From Salmonella phage vB_Sen_TUMS_E3, in the sequence record PP941779.1: DNA of 32,000 bases. One strand, 5' to 3'. Made by a program: the position numbers and the translations under genes. The notes below the pieces were generated by a model. That model saw nothing but the letters and a program-made list of their open reading frames with translations, was not told the DNA's origin and made no database searches. Positions 1 to 6,203 of the stretch are shown one piece after another (the first letter of the stretch is position 1; every line of letters begins with the position of its first letter).

Positions 1-220
1 AGATATGGCAATCCCGATTATATAAAACTAGCGTTGCCCCTTGCTTATATAATGGTAGAAAACTATCCATATCATAGGCGTCATAGTCATCAAAAAAGTT
101 TTGATGAATAGTTTCAATCTTGTTAATAAAATGTTTAATGCTGGTTGACTTGCTACCATCCAGCAGGTTGCGCAGCGCCCCCTTTAATACGGTAGCATTA
201 TCAGGTTGATACAGCCTCAT
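1..220 (-). CDS. Hypothetical protein, 3' end truncated by window edge (73 codons visible: MRLYQPDNATVLKGALRNLLDGSKSTSIKHFINKIETIHQNFFDDYDAYDMDSFLPLYKQGATLVLYNRDCHI...)
   Basis: Absent from the ORF track because it runs off the window. Open frame on the minus strand from ATG (218-220), preceded on that strand by GAGGGAGG about 9 nt upstream. Confidence 0.75.
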   Translation of the reverse strand, partial: MRLYQPDNATVLKGALRNLLDGSKSTSIKHFINKIETIHQNFFDDYDAYDMDSFLPLYKQGATLVLYNRDCHI

Positions 221-487
221 TTGTTCGGCCTCCCTCGTTAATCGGTGAGTGAATGATAAAGGTAATTTTCTAGCATAGGCAAATATTATTTTACCTTTTT
301 ATTTTCCTTGCCTAGCGTCTAATTTTATGCTAACCGCGCAGCGGTGTAATAAAGAGCAAAACACGGTGAAGCCACCAGGCCGACGCATTGAGGCTTTACT
401 TTAATACTACCCCGCAGCATTTAGCTCGTTAGAATGCGATTTAGGCCGCTTAAAATTGATTGCAGTTGTTAACACTACCTTTTTACC

Positions 488-507
488 CTGTATATTTATA
501 CAGTAGA
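488..507. promoter_or_regulatory. Candidate LexA (SOS) box ccCTGTatatttatACAGta
   Basis: CTGT-N8-ACAG exact; 17/20 match to TACTGTATATATATACAGTA. Confidence 0.6.
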
Positions 508-515
508 ATAACCTG

Positions 516-524
516 TGGATAAGT
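516..524 (-). promoter_or_regulatory. DnaA box (TGTGGATAA on +, TTATCCACA on -)
   Basis: Exact 9/9 consensus match. Confidence 0.75.
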
Positions 525-574
525 CTGTGCAAAAGTCCTTATACCACCGCCTATCGTGTCAAGTTATTTCGTGC

Positions 575-583
575 TGTGGATAA
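575..583 (-). promoter_or_regulatory. DnaA box (TGTGGATAA on +)
   Basis: Exact 9/9 match; starts 12 bp before the next box. Confidence 0.75.
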
Positions 584-586
584 CTT

Positions 587-595
587 TGTGGATAA
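587..595 (-). promoter_or_regulatory. DnaA box (TGTGGATAA on +)
   Basis: Exact 9/9 match; tandem with 575-583. Confidence 0.75.
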
Positions 596-624
596 CTTAA
601 ATGATAGTGGTTCTCACTTAGCTA

Positions 625-678
625 GATGATTTCTTATAGTTATTATTCTAGTGGTGATGATTTCTTATAGTTATTATT
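625..678. repeat. Direct repeat of 23 bp, GATGATTTCTTATAGTTATTATT (625-647 and 656-678)
   Basis: Two identical copies, start-to-start 31 bp. Confidence 0.9.
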
Positions 679-874
679 TCTCATTAATTTATATGTATAT
701 TATATATCATGAAATAGTTAGTTAGCTAATGAGATTTTTCGGGATTAGTAGTCAGCTAATAGTTTAGGCTGTTACAATCCACCAGCATGATTATCATCCT
801 AGCAATTATTAGCCTGCTATCTTTCTGTTGCATACTAACAAATAAAAGTCAATTAATTTATTTTATAAAATAAG

Positions 875-913
875 TAGTTATCCACTGGAAAATAAAAGTC
901 AAGTGGATAACTA
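875..913. repeat. Inverted repeat TAGTTATCCACT ... AGTGGATAACTA containing two degenerate DnaA boxes facing each other
   Basis: 12-bp perfect arms at 875-886 and 902-913. Each arm carries TTATCCACT (8/9 DnaA box). Confidence 0.85.
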
Positions 914-1054
914 GGAAAATTTCATTTTTGCTTTTGGGGATAAGTTATCAACAAGGCTAGAATGCGTCTAAAACGCCCCAGAACGCAATAAAGTTTTTAG
1001 CCATCCCATCATAAGGGGGCACGTCGTTTATCGCTGCCACGAGCTTTTTGGATT

Positions 1055-1082
1055 TTGTCAAGTAGGGCAAAGCAAATATAAA
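1055..1082 (+). promoter_or_regulatory. Candidate pre-early sigma70 promoter, TTGTCA-N16-TATAAA
   Basis: -35 1055-1060, -10 1077-1082, 16-bp spacer, upstream of the + strand pre-early block. Confidence 0.45.
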
Positions 1083-1253
1083 TGAAAAAATTACTTGCTT
1101 ATCCGCTATATTTTGTGGTATTCGCGCGCCCGTTTCTTTTAATTTTAGGCCGTCGCCGCACGGTGTCCGGTGAATTTTGTCTTTACGTTTCTTTACAAAA
1201 ATAAGGTTGCGCCATTTTCGGGAATCCCCTATTATTTATCACGTAGGGCGGCA

Positions 1254-1361
1254 ATGACGAACTACACGGCGGGAAGTTTACCGCCACGCTCTTTAAAAAT
1301 TGGGTACATCTTAAAGCCTATCGGCGGTAAACTTATCTATTATAAGGAATCGACGATATGA
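1254..1361 (+). CDS. Possible small leader ORF, 35 aa (MTNYTAGSLPPRSLKIGYILKPIGGKLIYYKESTI)
   Basis: Internal start within track ORF 1170..1361. Stop overlaps the next start (ATGA at 1358-1361), suggesting coupling. SD is weak. Confidence 0.35.
   Translation: MTNYTAGSLPPRSLKIGYILKPIGGKLIYYKESTI
1274..1334 (+). repeat. Inverted repeat AAGTTTACCGCC / GGCGGTAAACTT
   Basis: 12-bp perfect arms 1274-1285 and 1323-1334; overlaps the long-range stem by 3 nt. Confidence 0.8.
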
Positions 1362-1596
1362 AACAAACTTTATTGATCACTGGCAAGCCTATTAAGGCAC
1401 TAGATAGCAAAACAAAAAATTTGTTGACAGTAGCGCAAAGATCGGTAAAATACCGATTCACGCAGTACAAGAAAGGCCGCCAGCAAGGTTTAGAAATGAT
1501 CTGGCGAAACATTATGACTGACTTGAAAGAAAATCATAAAAAACTGCAAAAAATTATTTGACAACCTAGCCGATAGGTTTTAAGATGTACCCAGTT
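1298..1596. repeat. Long-range inverted repeat bracketing ORF 1358-1561 (arms 1298-1325 and 1569-1596)
   Basis: aattgggtacatcttaaagcctatcggc versus gccgataggttttaagatgtacccagtt: 26 Watson-Crick plus 2 G-T(U) wobble pairs over 28 positions. Confidence 0.9.
1358..1561 (+). CDS. Small basic hypothetical pre-early protein, 67 aa
   Basis: AAGGA SD ~9 nt upstream, Lys/Arg-rich product, located between arms of a long inverted repeat. Confidence 0.6.
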   Translation: MKQTLLITGKPIKALDSKTKNLLTVAQRSVKYRFTQYKKGRQQGLEMIWRNIMTDLKENHKKLQKII

Positions 1597-1725
1597 CGAT
1601 AAGAGCGATAACTTGATAAAATTTGACGGTCGGTGCTTACCATAATGCGCCCCGCCCCCTAACGGGATATAGCGGCCTACGTGGAGTTCTTTAAATTGAT
1701 TATAGCGGCGAGCGGATTGTTACTT

Positions 1726-1752
1726 ATTACCTGCTACCTTCTAGCAGGTAAT
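1726..1752 (+). repeat. Hairpin ATTACCTGCTA-ccttc-TAGCAGGTAAT upstream of the 83-aa ORF
   Basis: 11-bp perfect inverted repeat, 5-nt loop. Confidence 0.85.
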
Positions 1753-1787
1753 GCGGAACAATCCATCAAATAACTGGAGTTTATATT

Positions 1788-2039
1788 ATGCAAAACGTTA
1801 TTACCGCGCCTAAAGTTGGTCAATCCGTCTTTATTCCTTTCGTTACTAAAACGGATGAATTAACCGGAAAAGCCGAACGTATTAAAGGCGCGGCGCTTAT
1901 GCCGTTCGATACAATCGACGCGGTATACGCTGAAAATGAACGCAGTAACAACGGCAAGCCCGTTTTTAGCGTTCGCGTTAAATCCGGCGATGTTGTAAAG
2001 GTTGTTCAACGCAACGAAAAATGGGAAGCTGTTTTGTAA
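1788..2039 (+). CDS. Hypothetical pre-early protein, 83 aa
   Basis: ORF with GGAG SD; placement in the T5-like pre-early cluster. Confidence 0.8.
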   Translation: MQNVITAPKVGQSVFIPFVTKTDELTGKAERIKGAALMPFDTIDAVYAENERSNNGKPVFSVRVKSGDVVKVVQRNEKWEAVL

Positions 2040-2053
2040 TTTAGTGTTAACTT

Positions 2054-2081
2054 TATATCCCCCTTATTTCAGGGGGATATA
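2054..2081 (+). repeat. Hairpin TATATCCCCC-ttatttca-GGGGGATATA
   Basis: 10-bp perfect inverted repeat; followed at once by a second small IR GATTAAC-atta-like spacer-GTTAATC (2084-2102). Confidence 0.85.
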
Positions 2082-2140
2082 ACGATTAACATTTAGTTAA
2101 TCATTAAATCCCTTAAATTAAACTAATAGGAGTTTTTACC

Positions 2141-2548
2141 ATGACTAACGCAAAAACCGCAAAATTCGCATGGAATGAAGAAAACACTCAGAAAGCTGTT
2201 ACCATGTATCAGCAGTTAATCAATGAAAACGGTTTAGATTTCGCAAATAGCGACGGTCTGAAAGAGATTGCGAAAGCAGTAGGCGCGGCCTCCCCCGTAT
2301 CCGTTCGCTCAAAATTGACCAGTGCAAAAGCCTATCAAAAAAGCGATAAGCCGCGTAAAGTTGGCGGCGGTAGTTCCGTTCGTAAAGCTCACTATGTGCG
2401 AGTAATTGCAAAACACGCTATCGATTCCGGTATTATCAAAGACGCCGATGATCTGGCAAGCCTTGAAAGTGCTAAACTGGAAACGCTGGACGCGGTGGCG
2501 CAACTGTTAGGCGTTGCCGATGAAGTAAAACAAGCCGCAGGCGAATAA
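2141..2548 (+). CDS. A2: A2-like pre-early DNA-binding protein needed for second-step DNA transfer, 135 aa
   Basis: Length (135 aa), Lys-rich composition, position just upstream of the A1-like gene in a T5-like first-step-transfer block; AGGAG SD. Confidence 0.7.
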   Translation: MTNAKTAKFAWNEENTQKAVTMYQQLINENGLDFANSDGLKEIAKAVGAASPVSVRSKLTSAKAYQKSDKPRKVGGGSSVRKAHYVRVIAKHAIDSGIIKDADDLASLESAKLETLDAVAQLLGVADEVKQAAGE

Positions 2549-2550
2549 TA

Positions 2551-2591
2551 GTTATACCTTGCCCCTTCTAGTGAGGGGGCAATAATATAAC
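2551..2591 (+). repeat. Intergenic hairpin GTTATA..TTGCCCC..GGGGCAA..TATAAC
   Basis: Nested inverted repeats: 2551-2556/2586-2591 and 2559-2565/2576-2582. Confidence 0.8.
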
Positions 2592-2637
2592 TGTTTAGCG
2601 ATAGTTATTTTCTTCCCTTAAATCAGGAGTTTTAAAA

Positions 2638-2835
2638 ATGGTTTTCTTTCCTACTGAATCTTTAATTCTAGGCTTATTTATTATGGCGGCCTCCCTATTA
2701 TTCGCTTATTTTCAAAATGATTTAGATTCGTATTATTTTAAACGTAAATCTAAATTAGCAAAGCGTTTAGGTCTGATTTGTTTTATTGCCGCCGTTGCTT
2801 GTGGTGTTAGTTCTAGCCTGATGCCAATTAGTTAA
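2638..2835 (+). CDS. Small membrane protein, 65 aa, two predicted hydrophobic segments
   Basis: SD AGGAG; hydrophobic stretches SLILGLFIMAASLLFAYF and LGLICFIAAVACGV. Confidence 0.75.
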   Translation: MVFFPTESLILGLFIMAASLLFAYFQNDLDSYYFKRKSKLAKRLGLICFIAAVACGVSSSLMPIS

Positions 2836-2886
2836 ATATTGCAAATTATAACGCCTATTATTTGAGGCGTTATATTTGGCAATATT
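2835..2886 (+). repeat. Nested intergenic hairpin AATATTGC..TATAACGCC..GGCGTTATA..GCAATATT
   Basis: 9-bp arms 2847-2855/2866-2874, outer 8-bp arms 2835-2842/2879-2886. Confidence 0.85.
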
Positions 2887-2926
2887 GCCATTATTAACCT
2901 AATCCCTTTAATGGAGTTTTATTACT

Positions 2927-4591
2927 ATGATTATTTCCGCAGAAAAACAAACCGTTATCCTGAAAATGGCCGCTGACTTTAATTTCTACGGTAAACGCCT
3001 GCGCGCCACTAAATTGGAAGTTTGTGACGATATTTCGAAAGCGGTATACGATACTACTAAACACTCCACCGCCATTTGTGATTGGTTGGAAGCAAATAAA
3101 CCAGCTAAACCGAAAGCGGCAAAAGCTGTAAAAGCTATCAAAAACGACGAGCGCCCAGAAGCGGCGGGGATTGTTTCTAGTACCGTTGAACAATGGGAAG
3201 TTAAATCCGGTCGCCGTTTTATTCTAACGTCGATTCAAAATAATACTTTCCCGCATAAAAACTTTCTAGCAAGTCTGGAAAAATTCGCTGAATATATCGG
3301 TGCTGATTTGCTTGTTTCTAAGTATATTTATAATAAAAACGGATTCCAAAATGGGGAAGGTGCGGACGGAATAAAATATGATTCCGCGTTTGATAAATAT
3401 ATTTGCAGCAAAAACGTGTTTTTAAATAACCGCCGCTTTGCTTTCATGGCTGAAATTAATGTTTTGCCCACCGCAGATTACCCGCTTTCAGGATTCGCAG
3501 AAACTGCAACCGCGCTCAATATTGAAGGTCTGGCAATTGGTCACGCTAAAATTACCGCCGAAAGCGTGCCAGCTTTAAAAGGTGAAGTAGTGCGCCGCAT
3601 GTATTCAACCGGAACGGCAACGCTCAAAAACTACATTCAGCAAAAAGCAGGACAGAAAGCGGAAGCACTGCATAACTTCGGTGCGCTGATTGTTGAGTTC
3701 GACGAGGACGGGGAATTTTTTGTACGCCAGCTCGAAACGATGGACGAAAGCGGGGTGTTTTATGATCTGAACGTTTGCGCTACTCCTGCCGGATGCTATG
3801 AAACATCGGGGCATGTTTTAGGCTTGCAGTATGGCGATATTCACGCCGAAAAATTAGATGAGGAGTGCGCCGTTGCGTCATGGGCTGGCGAGAATAGCTT
3901 GCTTGATATTCTTAAACCAAAATATCAGTTTATCCATGACGTGCATGATTTTACATCGCGCAATCATCATAACCGCGCATCGGGTGTATTCCTAGCGAAA
4001 CAGTACGCCGCCGGACGTGATAAAGTTCTGGATGATCTTATCGATACCGGTCGCGTGCTGGAGTCGATGGAACGTGATTTTAGTCAAACGATCATCGTAG
4101 AATCTAATCACGATTTGGCGTTATCCCGTTGGCTTGATGATCGTAATGCTAACATCAAAGATGATCCCGCGAACGCGGAACTGTATCACCGCCTGAATGC
4201 TGCAATCTATGCGGCAATCGGTGAACACGACGAAACGTTTAACGTGCTAGATTATGCGCTGCGTAACGTTGCAGGTTGCGAGTTTAACGCCATTTTCCTA
4301 ACGACTGACCAATCTTTCAAGATTGCAGGGATTGAATGCGGCGTACACGGTCACAACGGCATTAACGGCAGCCGTGGCAATCCTAAACAATTTAAGAAAT
4401 TGGGTAAATTGAACACGGGGCATACGCATACCGCCAGCATTTACGGTGGCGTATATACCGCTGGCGTTGCTGGTAGTCTGGATATGGGTTACAACGTTGG
4501 CGCGTCAAGTTGGACGCAAACCCATTTAATTACATACGCAAACGGTCAGCGCACTTTGATTGACTTTAAGAATGGTAAATTCTTTGCGTAA
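2927..4591 (+). CDS. A1: A1-like pre-early protein (host DNA degradation / second-step transfer), C-terminal metallophosphoesterase-like domain, 554 aa
   Basis: Length close to T5 A1; motifs HDVHDF, ESNHD, HGHNG and NTGHTHT typical of calcineurin/Mre11-like phosphoesterases; adjacent to A2-like and dmp-like genes. Confidence 0.85.
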   Translation: MIISAEKQTVILKMAADFNFYGKRLRATKLEVCDDISKAVYDTTKHSTAICDWLEANKPAKPKAAKAVKAIKNDERPEAAGIVSSTVEQWEVKSGRRFILTSIQNNTFPHKNFLASLEKFAEYIGADLLVSKYIYNKNGFQNGEGADGIKYDSAFDKYICSKNVFLNNRRFAFMAEINVLPTADYPLSGFAETATALNIEGLAIGHAKITAESVPALKGEVVRRMYSTGTATLKNYIQQKAGQKAEALHNFGALIVEFDEDGEFFVRQLETMDESGVFYDLNVCATPAGCYETSGHVLGLQYGDIHAEKLDEECAVASWAGENSLLDILKPKYQFIHDVHDFTSRNHHNRASGVFLAKQYAAGRDKVLDDLIDTGRVLESMERDFSQTIIVESNHDLALSRWLDDRNANIKDDPANAELYHRLNAAIYAAIGEHDETFNVLDYALRNVAGCEFNAIFLTTDQSFKIAGIECGVHGHNGINGSRGNPKQFKKLGKLNTGHTHTASIYGGVYTAGVAGSLDMGYNVGASSWTQTHLITYANGQRTLIDFKNGKFFA

Positions 4592-4605
4592 TTAAATTAT
4601 TTCCC

Positions 4606-4629
4606 TAGCGGCTTGAAATAAAGCCGCTA
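4606..4629 (+). repeat. Intergenic hairpin TAGCGGCTT-gaaata-AAGCCGCTA
   Basis: 9-bp perfect arms with 6-nt loop between A1-like stop and the next SD. Confidence 0.85.
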
Positions 4630-4647
4630 TTATAGGAGTCACAAAAA

Positions 4648-4905
4648 ATGAAAGTTACATTACCCAAAACATTGGACGAAAAAGTATTCATTTCACCGGA
4701 TGAAATGGAATCCGATAAAGTTTACAGCTTCGGGCCTATCCTAGCCGCCAAAACTGATACTGATGGTATTATTTCCGTCGATTCCCGTGATAATGATATT
4801 GTTCCTTTTGATGACGATGGCTCTTTTTATGAGTGGTTAAGCGATAATAATTTACCCGTAAACGGTGAATTAACGCCGTACCAGATGCAGATTATTATCA
4901 AATAA
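4648..4905 (+). CDS. Small acidic pre-early protein, 85 aa
   Basis: SD AGGAG; about 17 Asp/Glu versus 7 Lys/Arg. Confidence 0.8.
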   Translation: MKVTLPKTLDEKVFISPDEMESDKVYSFGPILAAKTDTDGIISVDSRDNDIVPFDDDGSFYEWLSDNNLPVNGELTPYQMQIIIK

Positions 4906-4943
4906 ATTAAATCCATTATTAAACTAATTGGGGTTTTATAAAT

Positions 4944-5336
4944 ATGAAAAAGCAAAATATTCCATTCGATCGCGCTCAGTCTTCCATTGTTCTGGTTTAT
5001 TCTAATGGTGAACGTTATCACGTCGAGGCGGGGCACGTTATTGATGATCTATTAGACTTTAATGACGCTTTACAGGTTACTACCTTTGCCTATACGCAAG
5101 GCCGCGCAAGTAGTTACATTAAGGCCGCAGGCGTTTATGTTGACACGGTGAAACAAGAAACGATTATCATCGACGCCGTAAAATCCGGTCTAGCCTTTGC
5201 AGTTGTCGCGCCTTGCCTCGCTTGCCTCGATGATCAATTGATCAGCGCAAAAGTATATACTTGTGCGGGGATTCGTTCCAGCGTATCCGGTGAAGATGTT
5301 AGTTTTATTGCCGATGCGTTGGCTTATGGTCTTTAA
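4944..5336 (+). CDS. Hypothetical pre-early protein, 130 aa, contains CLAC (CxxC)
   Basis: ORF with GGGG-type SD in the gene cluster. Confidence 0.8.
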   Translation: MKKQNIPFDRAQSSIVLVYSNGERYHVEAGHVIDDLLDFNDALQVTTFAYTQGRASSYIKAAGVYVDTVKQETIIIDAVKSGLAFAVVAPCLACLDDQLISAKVYTCAGIRSSVSGEDVSFIADALAYGL

Positions 5337-5349
5337 TAGTTAATTTATT

Positions 5350-5376
5350 ATTACCCGCTATCTACAAGCGGGTAAT
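5350..5376 (+). repeat. Intergenic hairpin ATTACCCGC-tatctacaa-GCGGGTAAT upstream of dmp-like gene
   Basis: 9-bp perfect arms; sequence-related to the hairpin at 1726-1752. Confidence 0.85.
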
Positions 5377-5416
5377 GCTGAATTAATCTAATCCCTTAAA
5401 TGGAGAACGTAACAAA

Positions 5417-6151
5417 ATGAATAAAGCTATTATGAATATTTCCCGCAGCTTCCCGCATATTTCCCGCGTTATGATTTGGGATTTAGACGGCACTATCATT
5501 AATTCTTTCCATCGTGTAGCGCCTTGCTTTGATAGCGAGGGCAATTTAGATTTAAATAAGTATAAAAATGAAGCGTGTAAACATCATTTAATAATGCAGG
5601 ATTCTTTATTGCCATTGGTTGAATACATGCGCCAATGTATGAATGACGCAAATACTTTAAACATTATTTGTACCGCTCGACTAATGAGCAAATCAGATTA
5701 TTACTTCCTGCGTAAACAAGGTCTGCGCGGTCGTGGTAATAGTAATATCCGCGTGTTTTCCCGTGATACACTACACAAATATTTTGAAGCTGATAAAGTT
5801 AGCGAGATATACCACAGTAAGGACGCAGTTTATAAATCTTATTATTTTGAATTATTTAAACAGTTATATCCGAACGCTGATTTTACAATGATTGATGATC
5901 ATAAAGGTGTATTATCAGCGGCGGCATCATACGGATTTAAAACGCTGGACGCACAAGCCGTTAATGATATTCTATCAATCGGCGTGGCATTGATAGGTGA
6001 AACCTTTATTGATGAATCTCTCGACGATGATAATGATTATCAGTTCCTAGCTGATCGTTTGAAATTATGCTGGGAAGGTATGACCGAGGAAGAACGCGCA
6101 GAATATAGTTGCAGCCCGCAACAATATATTGAGAAATTAAAAGTTGCGTAA
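5417..6151 (+). CDS. dmp: 5'-deoxyribonucleotidase (HAD-type), T5 Dmp-like, 244 aa
   Basis: HAD motif I IWDLDGTIINSF and acidic motif MIDDHKG; 244 aa as recalled for T5 Dmp; position in the first-step-transfer region. Confidence 0.88.
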   Translation: MNKAIMNISRSFPHISRVMIWDLDGTIINSFHRVAPCFDSEGNLDLNKYKNEACKHHLIMQDSLLPLVEYMRQCMNDANTLNIICTARLMSKSDYYFLRKQGLRGRGNSNIRVFSRDTLHKYFEADKVSEIYHSKDAVYKSYYFELFKQLYPNADFTMIDDHKGVLSAAASYGFKTLDAQAVNDILSIGVALIGETFIDESLDDDNDYQFLADRLKLCWEGMTEEERAEYSCSPQQYIEKLKVA

Positions 6152-6164
6152 TAATTAAAGTTGA

Positions 6165-6203
6165 AATAGTCACGGTGTGTAATGATAACATGCCGTGACT
6201 ATT
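6165..6203 (+). repeat. Inverted repeat AATAGTCACGG ... CCGTGACTATT just after dmp
   Basis: 11-bp perfect arms 6165-6175 and 6193-6203; no U-tract follows. Confidence 0.85.

Larger units (their letters stand above)
230..1100. promoter_or_regulatory. Non-coding regulatory region resembling the T5 injection stop signal (iss) region, rich in DnaA boxes, palindromes and direct repeats
   Basis: No credible ORF for ~0.9 kb in an otherwise dense phage genome. Three exact TTATCCACA boxes plus degenerate ones, 23-bp direct repeat, several inverted repeats. Placement beside pre-early genes matches the T5 arrangement. Confidence 0.7.

Noticed and set aside
625-678. Short CRISPR-like array
   Set aside because: Only two repeats with an 8-bp spacer and no cas genes; better explained as protein-binding direct repeats.
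1170-1253. N-terminal extension of track ORF 1170..1361 (MNFVFTFLYKNKVAPFSGIPYYLSRRAA)
   Set aside because: No SD before 1170 and low-complexity leader sequence; only the part from ATG 1254 overlaps productively with the next start.
2894-3193. Minus-strand ORF 99 aa
   Set aside because: Antisense to the start of the A1-like gene, no SD-supported start, hydrophobic/Arg mix typical of antisense frames.
3605-3814. Minus-strand ORF 69 aa
   Set aside because: Entirely antisense within the A1-like gene.
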